Numbered from the stretch's first letter, positions 10,014 to 20,904 are shown. The stretch is 64,000 bases of DNA from Candidatus Woesebacteria bacterium GW2011_GWF1_31_35 (GCA_001029755.1 CP011214.1:129754-193753); one strand, 5' to 3'. The notes: a model not told the origin generated them from the letters alone. Numbers and translations: made by a program.

Positions 10014-10997
10014 TTATTTAAGTCCACCTTTAAATACTTTTCTTATTACATCTTCAATTGGCACTTCTTCAATAGTTAAATCAGTAACTGGAAAATTTTG
10101 TAATAATTCTGATGCGGCCATAGCTACAGTTTGTCTAGGAACTGAAATTGTTACTTCTGGAAAAGAATATTTTTTAACGAAACCTATTTGGTCTAATTTT
10201 TTAATATCATCTTCAGAAGAAAGCGTTGCTTTAATTATTTTCTCTTTAGCAAATTTTTCAGTTAATTCTTCTAATATTCCATCAAAAATTATTTTCCCCT
10301 CATCAATTACTATTACACGTCTTGCAAGATCAACTAAATCATTCATATTATGAGATGTAAGTAGAATGGTGGCTTCATTTTTTTGATTATATTCATATAT
10401 AAAATCTCTTAAATTTTGTTGAGCAACTAAATCTAATCCAATTGTTGGTTCGTCAAGAAATAGAACTTTGGGTTTATAAATTAAAGCTGCAATAAGTTCC
10501 ATCTTCATTCTTTGACCTAATGAAAGTTTTCGAACCTGAGTTTTTAAAAATTTAGAAACATCGAGTAAACTTACTAGTTCATCCAGATTTTTTTGATAAT
10601 CTCTATCTGATATTCCATATATTGCTTTATTTAATTCAAAAGATTCAATAACAGGAAGGTCCCACCAAAGTTGGTTTTTTTGACCCATCACCAAAGATAT
10701 TTGTTTTAAAAAATCATGTGATTTTTCCCAAGGATCAAAATCTAATACTGAAACAAAACCAGATGAGGGGAAAAGTAAACCTGATAATATCTTTAAAGTT
10801 GTAGTTTTACCTGCTCCATTTGGACCAATAAATCCTACTAATTCCCCGGGTTGAACAGAAAAAGAAACTCCATTTAATGCTTTAATTTTTCTTTTAACAG
10901 GAGAAAATATTGATGAAATAGATCCTTTGATTCCAGGTTGTCTTTCAGAGACATCAAAGTTTTTTGTTAGTCTATCAACAATAATAGCCTTATTCAT
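10014..10997 (-). CDS. ABC transporter ATP-binding protein
   Basis: Walker A GPNGAGKTT, signature LSLGQRMK and Walker B LFLDEPT. Confidence 0.85.
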   Translation of the reverse strand: MNKAIIVDRLTKNFDVSERQPGIKGSISSIFSPVKRKIKALNGVSFSVQPGELVGFIGPNGAGKTTTLKILSGLLFPSSGFVSVLDFDPWEKSHDFLKQISLVMGQKNQLWWDLPVIESFELNKAIYGISDRDYQKNLDELVSLLDVSKFLKTQVRKLSLGQRMKMELIAALIYKPKVLFLDEPTIGLDLVAQQNLRDFIYEYNQKNEATILLTSHNMNDLVDLARRVIVIDEGKIIFDGILEELTEKFAKEKIIKATLSSEDDIKKLDQIGFVKKYSFPEVTISVPRQTVAMAASELLQNFPVTDLTIEEVPIEDVIRKVFKGGLK

Positions 10998-11038
10998 TAA
11001 GACAAATTATACACTTTATCCAAAAGGACAAGATTTTC

Positions 11039-11314
11039 TTATCTTATCACTTGTCTTTTTAAAGTTTTACCTGGAGTAAATCTTGGAGACCTATGAGTTT
11101 TAATTGTAACTAAAGTATTTGTTTTTGGAATTTTTACTGTTTTTCCCTTCATTGAAATAACTCTAAATGTTCCAAAACCTGAAAGAACTACTTTTTCACC
11201 CTTTGCTAAAATTCTACCAATTTCAGCTAAAAATACATCAACTGCTTCTTCCGCTCCTTTTTTAGTTAAATGAGCTTTTCTCGCAACTTGTTCAATAATA
11301 TCTCTTTTAGTCAT
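11039..11314 (-). CDS. hup: DNA-binding protein HU
   Basis: 91 aa with a GFGTF beta-arm and R-x-P-R near the C-terminus. Confidence 0.85.
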   Translation of the reverse strand: MTKRDIIEQVARKAHLTKKGAEEAVDVFLAEIGRILAKGEKVVLSGFGTFRVISMKGKTVKIPKTNTLVTIKTHRSPRFTPGKTLKRQVIR

Positions 11315-11382
11315 TTCTGGTTGAAATCTTAAGCTAATATAAACAAAATGTCAAGATTCTTCGGCAAAAAATTAGATAATTT

Positions 11383-12552
11383 TTATTTTGCAGATGTGGT
11401 ACCTATGACACGAACTTCACGAACCGCGGTTACCTTAATTTGTCCAGCATACTCAGCTTCTTTTTCAAGTTTTTTAGTAATTTCATGGACTAAAACGGTT
11501 AATTTATCATCATCAACTTCATTTGGATCAACAAAAACTCTGACATCTCTTCCTGCTTGAAAGGCGTAAGCTACATCCACTCCATCAAAATTTTTAACAA
11601 TTTCTTCAATTTTATCCATTCTTTTAACATAACCTTCATGAGGTTCATATCTTGCTCCAGGTCTTGATCCTGAAGCTGAATCAGCAATCCAAACTATATA
11701 AGATTCAACAGACGAAAATGGTTTATCCTCATGATGTTCAGCAACTGTTGCTATTACATCTTTAGGAATACCAAATTTCTTTAAAGTAGAAACACCAACA
11801 TCAATATGATTTCCTTCCTCATCTGTCACAACTTTACCAATATCATGAAGTAAACATCCTAAACGAACTACATCCACCTTTGCACCTAACTCTTCAGCTA
11901 CTGCAATTCCTATTTTTGTTTCTTCAATTGTATGATGACCTAAATTTTGTCCATATGAAGTTCTAAATTTGAATTTTCCAATAAGTTTGAGTAAATCAAC
12001 AGAAAGATTATATACCCCACATTCTTCTGAAATTTTTTTGCCTTCTTCAAGTAAAACATCTTCCATTTGAGATTTTGTTTGTTTTACAACTTCTTCAATT
12101 CTTGTAGGTTGAATTCTCGTATCTCTAATTAAAATTTCCAAAGCCCTTTTTGCAATTTCTCGTCTTACTGAATCAAAAGAAGAAATTCTAATTTCATTTG
12201 TTTCATCAATAATAATTTCCACACCAGTTTCTTTTTCAAAACTTCTTATATTTCTTCCCTCTGCACCAATGATTCGTCCTTTGACTTCTTCATTTGGAAC
12301 AACAATTGAAGAAACCGTATATTCAGCAACAAAAGAAGTAACCCCATGCTTTAATGCATCAGCTAATATTTCTTTTGATTTTTCTCCTGCTTCAAGTTTT
12401 ACTTTTTCTTCAGCAGATCTAATTTTTTTTGCAATTTCAGAAGATAAATCTCTTTGCACCTCATCAAGTAATGCTTTCTTTGCTTCATCAATAGTCATCT
12501 TTGAAACTTTTTCCAAAGCACTAATATAATCATCCCTTTTTGTATTTGTCAT
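11383..12552 (-). CDS. rny: ribonuclease Y homolog lacking the N-terminal membrane anchor
   Basis: KH domain (IIGAEGRNIRSFEKETGVEII) and HD domain (LLHDIGK). No N-terminal TM helix and only a short coiled coil. Confidence 0.85.
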   Translation of the reverse strand: MTNTKRDDYISALEKVSKMTIDEAKKALLDEVQRDLSSEIAKKIRSAEEKVKLEAGEKSKEILADALKHGVTSFVAEYTVSSIVVPNEEVKGRIIGAEGRNIRSFEKETGVEIIIDETNEIRISSFDSVRREIAKRALEILIRDTRIQPTRIEEVVKQTKSQMEDVLLEEGKKISEECGVYNLSVDLLKLIGKFKFRTSYGQNLGHHTIEETKIGIAVAEELGAKVDVVRLGCLLHDIGKVVTDEEGNHIDVGVSTLKKFGIPKDVIATVAEHHEDKPFSSVESYIVWIADSASGSRPGARYEPHEGYVKRMDKIEEIVKNFDGVDVAYAFQAGRDVRVFVDPNEVDDDKLTVLVHEITKKLEKEAEYAGQIKVTAVREVRVIGTTSAK

Positions 12553-12720
12553 AATTTAACTTTCTTTTTTGTTTTTAGAAGATAAAAAGAATAAATAACT
12601 TTTTATTAATTTGAAAAGCTGTGGGAAGAAACTTTATTGTTAGTCCTTCTTACCATATTCTTTACTTCTAACTAAGTATTTTACTATTTATGAAGCAATT
12701 GGTCAATTGGATTGTATTTT

Positions 12721-13212
12721 TTAAGGGGACGTTTGAAAATATAAAGAACCATCCGTTAAAGTTGTACTAATTGTATATTTGCCATCTATTCCAATAGAAT
12801 ATTGATAGGATTGTTTTGTATATGGATTAATTTTAACCTCAGAAATATATTTCGGCACTAAATTATTTAATGATATTGGATATTTCTGATAATCAACCTT
12901 ATACAACTCTAGTGCTGATCGGGTCGAGGAGATATCGTACCTTATTTGCTTATCCAATGCCTCATTTGTATTTCCAAAATAATTCATCGCCTGTCCACTT
13001 TTTTCCTTGGCCTGTTGCAAAGCTTTGTTTGGACTTCTTGTCGACAAAATTACCACCATTACAACTCCCAACAAAGCCAATACAAGAGGTATTGTAATTA
13101 ACCATTTGATCCATTTAGACCAGTCAACCCAAAACCAAACTAAAATTAATCCAACAGGATACAGAAACAAAATAAAAAATATCGTAATTATAGTCTTTAC
13201 TCTCTCATTCAT
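12721..13212 (-). CDS. pseudopilin (GspG/type IV pilin)-like domain protein with non-canonical two-TM N-terminus
   Basis: The C-terminal SALELYKVDYQKYP...P.T...Y.Y matches the GspG/pilin core. No G-F/T-L-I-E prepilin cleavage site is present. Confidence 0.5.
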   Translation of the reverse strand: MNERVKTIITIFFILFLYPVGLILVWFWVDWSKWIKWLITIPLVLALLGVVMVVILSTRSPNKALQQAKEKSGQAMNYFGNTNEALDKQIRYDISSTRSALELYKVDYQKYPISLNNLVPKYISEVKINPYTKQSYQYSIGIDGKYTISTTLTDGSLYFQTSP

Positions 13213-13832
13213 GACTTAATTATATCATCACTAATCACTTTTTCAATAACATCCCAACCAAACCCCTTGCCTGATAAATATTGAATAATTTTTTGTTTTT
13301 TAATTTTTTCTTCATATTTATCCCATTTATATTCTTTTTTCTCTATTAACTTTTTTGCAATCTTTACTTCATCAATTTCACTTTCTTCCAATGTGTTTTC
13401 AATAATTTCATTTTTAATTCCTTTGGCTCTTAATTCAAATTTTAAATCTTTTTTAGATTTATTCTTAAATACAAGTCTTTGATCAACCCACCATTTAGAA
13501 AATTTAGTATCATTTATAAGTTCTAGTCGATTTAATCGATTAAAGAGTTCTTCATTCAAACTTTCATGAACTTTTTTTCTTTTTAAATAATCTTTAATTT
13601 CTTTTTCACTTCTAGGTCTAACTATTACAAATCTTAATAATTTATCAAAAGTTTTTTGAAACTCAGCTTTTTTAATTATTTCTTCTATTTCTAAAGTAGT
13701 CAATTCCTGATTTAGTTTTAATCCTAACTTAAGAAAATTTTCTAAATCTAACCCAAAACCAAATTCTCCATCAATATAAATATTTACTCTTTTTTGATTT
13801 TTTTGAGGCTTAAAGGCTGTTATTGTTGGCAT
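13209..13832 (-). CDS. recX: recombination regulator RecX
   Basis: Lies immediately downstream of recA with 4-nt overlap and has helical-repeat, Lys/Glu-rich composition typical of RecX. Confidence 0.7.
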   Translation of the reverse strand: MPTITAFKPQKNQKRVNIYIDGEFGFGLDLENFLKLGLKLNQELTTLEIEEIIKKAEFQKTFDKLLRFVIVRPRSEKEIKDYLKRKKVHESLNEELFNRLNRLELINDTKFSKWWVDQRLVFKNKSKKDLKFELRAKGIKNEIIENTLEESEIDEVKIAKKLIEKKEYKWDKYEEKIKKQKIIQYLSGKGFGWDVIEKVISDDIIKS

Positions 13833-13865
13833 TAACCAATGTTACTACGAAGTAATAATAAAATC

Positions 13866-14954
13866 CTATTCTTCTTTATTCTTTTCCCCTATCTCTGTTG
13901 GAAGTTTTTTACCAGAAACTGCTAATTCTCTAATCTTTTTTTCAATTTCTTCTGCAAATTTATGATTATCTCTAATATATGTTTTTGCTCCTTCTCTTCC
14001 CTGTGCAATTACCTTTCCATCATAGTTAAAAAATGATCCACTTTTAGTTAAAATTCCAAGATCAACTGCTACATCTAAAATGTTGCCCGGTTTACTAATC
14101 CCGTCTTCATTCATAATGTCAAACTCGGCAACTCTTAAAGGAGGTGCAACTTTATTTTTAACTACTCTAACTCTTACTCTTGTACCAATTACTAAATCAT
14201 TATCTGCCTTTATTGATTCAATTCTTCTAATATCAAGTCTTACTGAACAATAAAATTTTAGAGCTAAACCTCCTGGAGTTGTTTCAGGATTTCCAAACAT
14301 AACTCCAATCTTTTGTCTTAATTGATTTGTAAAAATTAAAACAGTTTTTGATTTGGAAATTGCACCAGTTAATTTTCTTAAAGCTTGACTCATAAGCCTT
14401 GCTTGTAGGCCCATTACAGCATCTCCCATTTCTCCTTCAAGTTCTGCTCGTGGAACCAAAGCCGCCACAGAATCAACAACTATTACATCAATTGCCCCAG
14501 ATCTTATTAATGTCTCTGTGATTTCTAAAGCTTGCTCACCGGTATCAGGTTGACTCATTAAAAGATTATCTAAGTCAACTCCAATTATTTCAGCTCTTAT
14601 AGGGTCAAGTGCATGTTCTGCATCGACAAATGCACACTGTCCACCCTTTTTTTGCGCTTCAGCAATAACAGATAAGGCCAAAGTTGTTTTACCAGAAGCT
14701 TCTGGACCATATATTTCGACAATTCTTCCTCTCGGAAGTCCACCAACACCTAATGCTAAATCAAGTGCGATAGATCCTGTTGAAATTACTTCAACTTGTG
14801 CTCTTTTGTCAGCATTTTCCCCAAGTCTCATAATGGAACCTTTACCATATTGTTTTTCTATCTGATCCATTGCTAGTTTAATAGCTTGAAGTTTTGCGGC
14901 TCCACCTTCTTGTTTTATTGGAGCTTCTACTGTTTCTGTTTTTTTCTTTGCCAT
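13866..14954 (-). CDS. recA: recombinase RecA
   Basis: Walker [10 protein letters not shown], the L1/L2 loops and full-length conservation. Confidence 0.95.
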   Translation of the reverse strand: MAKKKTETVEAPIKQEGGAAKLQAIKLAMDQIEKQYGKGSIMRLGENADKRAQVEVISTGSIALDLALGVGGLPRGRIVEIYGPEASGKTTLALSVIAEAQKKGGQCAFVDAEHALDPIRAEIIGVDLDNLLMSQPDTGEQALEITETLIRSGAIDVIVVDSVAALVPRAELEGEMGDAVMGLQARLMSQALRKLTGAISKSKTVLIFTNQLRQKIGVMFGNPETTPGGLALKFYCSVRLDIRRIESIKADNDLVIGTRVRVRVVKNKVAPPLRVAEFDIMNEDGISKPGNILDVAVDLGILTKSGSFFNYDGKVIAQGREGAKTYIRDNHKFAEEIEKKIRELAVSGKKLPTEIGEKNKEE

Positions 14955-15014
14955 TCGTAATCTACTTTATATTACGAATGAAAGCCAAATGCAAGAAGTA
15001 TTTTTTAATTTCTT

Positions 15015-15085
15015 TCGGGGATCTGGGAATTGAACCCAAGCCTGACGGCCCCCAGCCGCCAATTCTACCATTAAACTAATCCCCG
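15015..15085 (-). tRNA. tRNA-Pro (anticodon GGG), CCA not encoded
   Basis: Minus strand CGGGGAUUAGUUUAAUGGUAGAAUUGGCGGCUGGGGGCCGUCAGGCUUGGGUUCAAUUCCCAGAUCCCCGA folds as a cloverleaf. Acceptor 7 bp, anticodon loop CUGGGGG, T-loop GGUUCAAUUCC. Confidence 0.8.
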
Positions 15086-15109
15086 TAATTTCTATTTTAT
15101 CAAACTAAA

Positions 15110-16315
15110 TTACTCATATCTAATTGCCTCAATTGGAGAAAGTTTAGCAGCTCTTTTAGCGGGAAATATTCCAAAAAAAATTCCTATTGCTGATGAAACA
15201 AATATTGCAACCACTACTGCAACAATATTAATACTTGCCGGGAAAAATATTCTAACTATCAAAACGATAATTATTGCAACAATTAATCCTATAACTCCAC
15301 CTAAAAGGGAGAGCACTACAGATTCTGAAAGGAATTGTAATAGAATATCTTTTTCTGTTGCTCCAATTGCACGTCTGATTCCGATTTCCTTAGTCCTTTC
15401 AGTTACTGTTGCATACATAATATTCATAATTCCAATACCTCCCACAAAAAGAGAAATTGATCCTATTGCAATTAATACTGAATTAATAATTGCAAAGATT
15501 GAATTAATTGAAGATAAAATTTGAGATTGCTCCGTAACTGAAAAATCATCCACTTTATATCTTTTCAAAAGTGCATTTTTGGCATCTTCTTTTACATTTT
15601 GGATAGTCTTATCAGACGATGCCCCAAGGTAAATTGTAAAAAAAGTTTTATCTGGATTTATATTACCAAAAGTTGAACTATATGGTACAAACACACCACT
15701 ATCCATTTCCCTATCACCTTTTTTCTTAGCCACTCCAATTACTATATATCTTTGGTCGTTTACTTTAACTGTCTTTCCAATTGCTATTGTTGGATCAATA
15801 AATAATTTTTCGGCAATATTATAACCTAATACTGCCTTTTTAGTTTTTCCCAACACATCAGATCTTGAAAATTCTCTTCCCTCTAAAAGTTCTAAATTTA
15901 ATAATTTAAAGGCATCTTCATTGGTTGCCATAACATAACCTGTAGATTTTTCTCTACCTGTCTCAAAAACCAAACTTTTCATAAACATAGGAACTACATA
16001 ATTAATATCTGGAAGTTTACTTAAAGTTTTTACATCCTTTTCATCAAAACTAGCTCCTCCAGCAAAACCTGCACCAAAATTTCCACCAACCCCGCTTCCT
16101 TCTGAAAAAACATTCCCAGGAAAAATAATTAGTAAATTTGCACCCAAACTTTCAAACTGACCCTGAATATAATTTTTTAATCCTAAACCTAACGCAATTA
16201 ACAAAACCACTGATAAAACTCCGACCATAATTCCTAAGGAAGTTAAAAGTGTTCTTACTTTATTTCTTTTAAAATCATCAAACGATGACTTTATTAAATA
16301 TTTATATTGTTCCAT
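15110..16315 (-). CDS. ABC transporter permease, FtsX/MacB-like
   Basis: N-terminal TM, large periplasmic domain and C-terminal 3-TM FtsX module. Confidence 0.8.
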   Translation of the reverse strand: MEQYKYLIKSSFDDFKRNKVRTLLTSLGIMVGVLSVVLLIALGLGLKNYIQGQFESLGANLLIIFPGNVFSEGSGVGGNFGAGFAGGASFDEKDVKTLSKLPDINYVVPMFMKSLVFETGREKSTGYVMATNEDAFKLLNLELLEGREFSRSDVLGKTKKAVLGYNIAEKLFIDPTIAIGKTVKVNDQRYIVIGVAKKKGDREMDSGVFVPYSSTFGNINPDKTFFTIYLGASSDKTIQNVKEDAKNALLKRYKVDDFSVTEQSQILSSINSIFAIINSVLIAIGSISLFVGGIGIMNIMYATVTERTKEIGIRRAIGATEKDILLQFLSESVVLSLLGGVIGLIVAIIIVLIVRIFFPASINIVAVVVAIFVSSAIGIFFGIFPAKRAAKLSPIEAIRYE

Positions 16316-16329
16316 ATTTTATTAAATTA

Positions 16330-17007
16330 TTAAAGATATCTACTAACTACTTTGCCATCTTTTATATATATTTCTCTTCTTGTTCTTTTTGCCACTGCTT
16401 TTTCATGAGTTACTAAAACAATCGTTACTCCAGTTTTTTTGTTTAAATCTTCTAAAATATCTAAAATTTCATCTCCCGTTTTACTATCCAAATTACCCGT
16501 TGGTTCATCAGCTAAAATTAAGTCAGGACTCATAATTAATGCTCTTGCGATAGCTACCCTTTGTTGTTGGCCACCTGAGATTTTATTAGGATAAAAATTT
16601 AACCTTTTTTCCATCCCAAACCTTGTTAATAAATCTGTAGCTTTTTTTAAAGGATCAAAATTTAATTTTCCTTTAAAATAAATTGCAGGAAGTGCAACAT
16701 TTTCTAGTACTGTTAATTTATTGATCAAATTAAATTGTTGAAAAACAAAACCAACAAAAGTATTTCTAATCTTTGAAACCTCATCATCTGATAATTTTGA
16801 AATATCTTTTTTATTAATTAATAGTGTTCCAGAAGTTGGTCTTTCTAGAAGTCCTATTAAATGCATTAGTGTAGATTTTCCAGACCCCGAAGTTCCTAAA
16901 ATACTTGCATACTCACCTTTTTTAATACCTATTGAAACATTATCAACTGCGGTAACTTTATCTTCCCCTAAAGTATAAGTTTTACTTACACCTATAAGTT
17001 TAATCAT
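16330..17007 (-). CDS. ABC transporter ATP-binding protein (MacB/LolD-type)
   Basis: Walker [10 protein letters not shown], signature ISGGQQQR and Walker B ILADEPT. Confidence 0.85.
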   Translation of the reverse strand: MIKLIGVSKTYTLGEDKVTAVDNVSIGIKKGEYASILGTSGSGKSTLMHLIGLLERPTSGTLLINKKDISKLSDDEVSKIRNTFVGFVFQQFNLINKLTVLENVALPAIYFKGKLNFDPLKKATDLLTRFGMEKRLNFYPNKISGGQQQRVAIARALIMSPDLILADEPTGNLDSKTGDEILDILEDLNKKTGVTIVLVTHEKAVAKRTRREIYIKDGKVVSRYL

Positions 17008-18016
17008 ATACTTTTAAGCCCTCTGAAATTTCTCCAATTACTTCTATATTATCTTCTGATTCAATACCACCTGTTACATAAACTTTTCCATTTTTAGTAT
17101 TTGTTTTTAAATATTGCCCTAATTTATCTTGCTTTAAAAAATTAGTTGATACATATAAAACGTTTTCTTTTTCAGAAGTTACAAATTTTGCATCCCCTGT
17201 CATGGCAATTTTAAATTTAGAATTAATTAAATCAACGTTAGTAAAAGATACTTTTACCGAATAAACAGATCCTGTCTCTCCCAATTTTGGTGTAAAAGAA
17301 ATATTATCAACTTTTCCCTCAAAACTATTGCCATCAAATGAATCTAAAATTATTGTAACTTTTTGACCAACGGTTAATTTTGTAACTTCAGTTTGATCAG
17401 CCAAACTTTGAAAATACATAGTATTCGGATCAATTATTTCAGCTTCTACAGAAGATACATTTGTGTATACACCGACAAAAGGATGAGAAAGAAAAGTAAT
17501 AATCCCGTTAAATGGAGCATATAAACTAGCTCCGTCTAAATTTCTTTTAGCTGAAATTACAGCTTCATATGCTTTGTCTTTGTTAGCCTCGGCCATAGTT
17601 CTTAAATCCTTTTGGGCATATGTTTCGTCATTTTTATGATCTTTTAGTTGATCATGAATATTTTCAACAGTAGCATCATAAATTCTTAAATTAGAAAGTG
17701 CTACTTGGTAGCTTGAATTTAATACTGTCGTATCTAATTTACTAATTAACTTTCCCTTATAAACTTTATCACCTTCTTTTACCCCCACATAAACAATCCT
17801 TCCTGAAGTTTCAAATGAGAGCTTTGCATAATTCTCTGCAGATATTTCTCCTGATAAAATAAGTTCTTCTTTAACATTTCCTTTTTTAATTGTATCTACT
17901 TTAACATTTAAGTTTTTGGACCTTGAAGAAAAAAATATAATTACCCCAATTATCATAATAAAGAGTATTAATAATTTTTTCCAATTTTTGACAAAAAATT
18001 TAGTTGTCTTTTTCAT
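17000..18016 (-). CDS. efflux periplasmic adaptor (HlyD/MacA-like)
   Basis: N-terminal TM plus beta-rich periplasmic domain. First gene of a MacAB-like trio. Confidence 0.6.
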   Translation of the reverse strand: MKKTTKFFVKNWKKLLILFIMIIGVIIFFSSRSKNLNVKVDTIKKGNVKEELILSGEISAENYAKLSFETSGRIVYVGVKEGDKVYKGKLISKLDTTVLNSSYQVALSNLRIYDATVENIHDQLKDHKNDETYAQKDLRTMAEANKDKAYEAVISAKRNLDGASLYAPFNGIITFLSHPFVGVYTNVSSVEAEIIDPNTMYFQSLADQTEVTKLTVGQKVTIILDSFDGNSFEGKVDNISFTPKLGETGSVYSVKVSFTNVDLINSKFKIAMTGDAKFVTSEKENVLYVSTNFLKQDKLGQYLKTNTKNGKVYVTGGIESEDNIEVIGEISEGLKVYD

Positions 18017-18033
18017 TTTCTGAAATATTAAAA

Positions 18034-18447
18034 TTAACGCTTTGGAGATTGTTTTTTGCGTCTTGCTTTACCACCTGTACCAACCATTCTTCTTAAACGA
18101 ACTCTAGAATCTCTAGTTAATAAATTGTTTGTTTTTAAAGAAATTCTATATTTTTCACTATCTAATTTAACCAATGCTCTTGAAATACCGTGAACAATTG
18201 CTTCAAGTTGGCCTTCTTTACCACCACCTGCTACATTCGCAGTAAAATAAAACTTACCTAAAGTATCAGTAACTTTAAAAGGTTTATTTAATGAAAGCTC
18301 ACTTACCTTATTTTGATATATTGAAGAAACTTTTTGACCATTTATTAAACTCTCCCCAGTTCCTTTAAATAAACGTACTCTAGCAGAAGAACTTTTTCTT
18401 CTACCAACTGTAAATGTATAAGTTTTTTTACTTGAAATTTTTTTCAT
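18034..18447 (-). CDS. rpsI: 30S ribosomal protein S9
   Basis: YTFTVGRRKSSSARV and C-terminal ...SPKR. Confidence 0.9.
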   Translation of the reverse strand: MKKISSKKTYTFTVGRRKSSSARVRLFKGTGESLINGQKVSSIYQNKVSELSLNKPFKVTDTLGKFYFTANVAGGGKEGQLEAIVHGISRALVKLDSEKYRISLKTNNLLTRDSRVRLRRMVGTGGKARRKKQSPKR

Positions 18448-18844
18448 ATTTATGTTTCTCTCCTTTTGTTACATGCAATCTTGCCATTCTATCAGATTTT
18501 AAACGATTATCAGGTAGCATCCCGGAAACTGCAAATTCAATAACTCTATTTGGATGTTCTTTAAACATTTTTTCAAAACTAACTTCTTTAAAACCACCTG
18601 GGTAACCAGAATGTCCTCTATAAACTTTTTGTTCTTTTTTTCTACCTGTTAATTTTACTTTTTCACAATTAATAATGACTACATTATCTCCAGAATCCAT
18701 ATGTGTTGAATAATTAGCTTTTTGTTTTCCCATTAAAAGAGTAGCTATATTAGTTGAAAGCCTACCTAATATTTGATCTTTTGCATCAATTAAATGCCAA
18801 TTTCTTTTAATTTCTTTTTCCTTAGGTTGATAAGTCTTATACAT
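18428..18844 (-). CDS. rplM: 50S ribosomal protein L13
   Basis: WHLIDAKDQILGRL motif. Confidence 0.9.
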   Translation of the reverse strand: MYKTYQPKEKEIKRNWHLIDAKDQILGRLSTNIATLLMGKQKANYSTHMDSGDNVVIINCEKVKLTGRKKEQKVYRGHSGYPGGFKEVSFEKMFKEHPNRVIEFAVSGMLPDNRLKSDRMARLHVTKGEKHKYEKNFK

Positions 18845-18847
18845 AAT

Positions 18848-19306
18848 TTATTTTGTTTTTTTATTTACTTTTTTATCTTCACCATTTTTAACCTTTTTAT
18901 CTTTTTTTGTCTTTAAATCCTCTTTTTTAAGTTCTTCTTTTTTTAATTTCACCTCAGTCCATTCTAATCTAACCATCTTTGCTAAATCTCCTTTTCTTTG
19001 AGAAATTGGAATAATTCTTGTAAAACCGCTGTTTCTTTCAGGAAAATAATTAACTACTTCTGTCCATATAATGGTTGCAATTTTCTTATTCCCTTTTAGT
19101 CTTTTTAAAATCTGTCTTTTGGATGCTAATGTCCCCTTTTTAGCCAAAGAAACTAATCGATCAATTAAACCGATAACTGCTTTTGCTTTTGCTCTGGTTG
19201 TATTGATTTTTTTATTTATCACCAAACTTTCAACCAAAGAAACAAACAAAGCCTCCCTCGTTGCTCTCTCTCTAGAGAGTTTTTTACCAAAAACTTTCTT
19301 AACCAT
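18848..19306 (-). CDS. rplQ: 50S ribosomal protein L17 with Lys-rich C-terminal extension
   Basis: L17 core plus KKEELKKEDLKTKKDKK tail. Confidence 0.9.
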   Translation of the reverse strand: MVKKVFGKKLSRERATREALFVSLVESLVINKKINTTRAKAKAVIGLIDRLVSLAKKGTLASKRQILKRLKGNKKIATIIWTEVVNYFPERNSGFTRIIPISQRKGDLAKMVRLEWTEVKLKKEELKKEDLKTKKDKKVKNGEDKKVNKKTK

Positions 19307-19309
19307 AGT

Positions 19310-20218
19310 TTAAAATGAAACCCCTTTCTCACCTAGTGCGGCAGAAATAATTTTCAAAGATTTCTCTCCTAAATTTCTTACTTTTACTAATTCTAATTTA
19401 TCAGCTTTTGCTAACGCTTCGACGGTTTCAAAACCTGCCTTTGCAAGTGCATTTGCTACTCTAGTAGGAAGACCAATTTCTTCAACTGAAAGTTTTCCAA
19501 CTAATCCTAAATCACTTGAGATTACTTCCTCCTTTACTTTTTCAATCTTTTTAGGTGTTACTATTTGTTCAAAGTACTCAACTAATGTTTTGGCTGCTTT
19601 TTTAACTGCTTCCTTTGCATCAATCGTTCCATCTGTCCAAACTTCTAAAGTAAGTTTGTCATAATTGGTAAGTCTACCCACACGGGTTTCCTCAACTTTG
19701 TAATTAACTCTTAAAATTGGTGAAAAAGATGCATCCAATGGAATTAATCCAATTTCATTTGATGTTCTTGTATCAGCTGGTAAATAACCTGTTCCTGCTT
19801 CAATTGTCAAATCTGTGTCTAATTTTGCTCCTTTATTAAGAATTGCTAAAACTAAATCGGGATTTGTAACTTCAACATCTGCTGGAAGTTTAATATCAGA
19901 TGCTTTTACCTCACCTGCAGAAGTAACTTTTAAACTTGCGCTAACTGGTTTTTCTCCAGTATATGAAATTCTTACTTTTTTTAAGTTAAGACAAAATTCT
20001 ACTATATCTTCTTTCATGCCAACTAAACTAGAGAATTGATGATTTACTCCAGCAATTTTTACGGAGGTAATAGCTGCGCCTGGAAGAGAAGTTAATAAAA
20101 CTCTTCTTAAAGAATTTCCTAATGTAAACCCATAACCTTGCTCCAAAGGAGTAATGGCTAATTTTGTATAATTTTTCTTTTTTTCTTCTTCTATTATTTC
20201 AAATATTTGTTGTGACAT
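19310..20218 (-). CDS. rpoA: DNA-directed RNA polymerase subunit alpha
   Basis: N-terminal dimerisation domain and C-terminal alphaCTD HhH, in the usual alpha-operon position. Confidence 0.9.
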   Translation of the reverse strand: MSQQIFEIIEEEKKKNYTKLAITPLEQGYGFTLGNSLRRVLLTSLPGAAITSVKIAGVNHQFSSLVGMKEDIVEFCLNLKKVRISYTGEKPVSASLKVTSAGEVKASDIKLPADVEVTNPDLVLAILNKGAKLDTDLTIEAGTGYLPADTRTSNEIGLIPLDASFSPILRVNYKVEETRVGRLTNYDKLTLEVWTDGTIDAKEAVKKAAKTLVEYFEQIVTPKKIEKVKEEVISSDLGLVGKLSVEEIGLPTRVANALAKAGFETVEALAKADKLELVKVRNLGEKSLKIISAALGEKGVSF

Positions 20219-20259
20219 AAAAATATCACCTCCTTTAAATCAAGCTTTAGATTCTACCA

Positions 20260-20862
20260 CTATCGTGAGTAGAATTCTACTATATCTTGCTCAGAAACTA
20301 ATTCTTTAATATCCAGTCTAACGGGATCTTTAACAACTTTTCCAACACTAACTTTTCTTTCAAGCCAGCTTGGTGTCTCAAATTCAGTGTCTATCACTAA
20401 TTTTTTAATATTTGGAATTTCTAATGTTTTTGGTGCTAATGATATTACGTCACCAACACTAACTTGATATGATGCAATATTTATTTTTTGACCATTAACT
20501 AATATGTGTCTGTGGGAAACTAATTGTCTTGCCATTGGACGACTCTCGGCAAAACCTAATTTATAAACTGTGTTATCAAGTCTTTTTTCAAGTAAGATAA
20601 GTAACGCTTCTCCAGTATTGCCTTTTGATTTTAAAGCTTTTCCAACATAAATTCTAAATTGTTTTTCTAAAACTCCATAAATTCTTTTGACTTTTTGTTT
20701 TTCCCTTAATTGCCTACCAAATTGAGATTGATTTCTGCCAGGACCTTTTGGCCCATGTACTCCAGGTAAAACATTTAAACGGGTCAATTTTGCCCCTTTA
20801 CCAAAAATATCTATTCCTTCTCGTCTACTTAGTCTATCTTTAGGTCCATTATATTTTGCCAT
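20260..20862 (-). CDS. rpsD: 30S ribosomal protein S4
   Basis: MAKYNGPKDRLSRREG. Confidence 0.9.
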   Translation of the reverse strand: MAKYNGPKDRLSRREGIDIFGKGAKLTRLNVLPGVHGPKGPGRNQSQFGRQLREKQKVKRIYGVLEKQFRIYVGKALKSKGNTGEALLILLEKRLDNTVYKLGFAESRPMARQLVSHRHILVNGQKINIASYQVSVGDVISLAPKTLEIPNIKKLVIDTEFETPSWLERKVSVGKVVKDPVRLDIKELVSEQDIVEFYSR

Positions 20863-20904
20863 ATGTTTATTTTTATTACCTTACAACAAAGTTAAAAACC
20901 TTGT

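Noticed and set aside
14894-15079. 61-aa plus-strand ORF
   Set aside because: It overlaps the recA start and the tRNA-Pro gene, so it is spurious.
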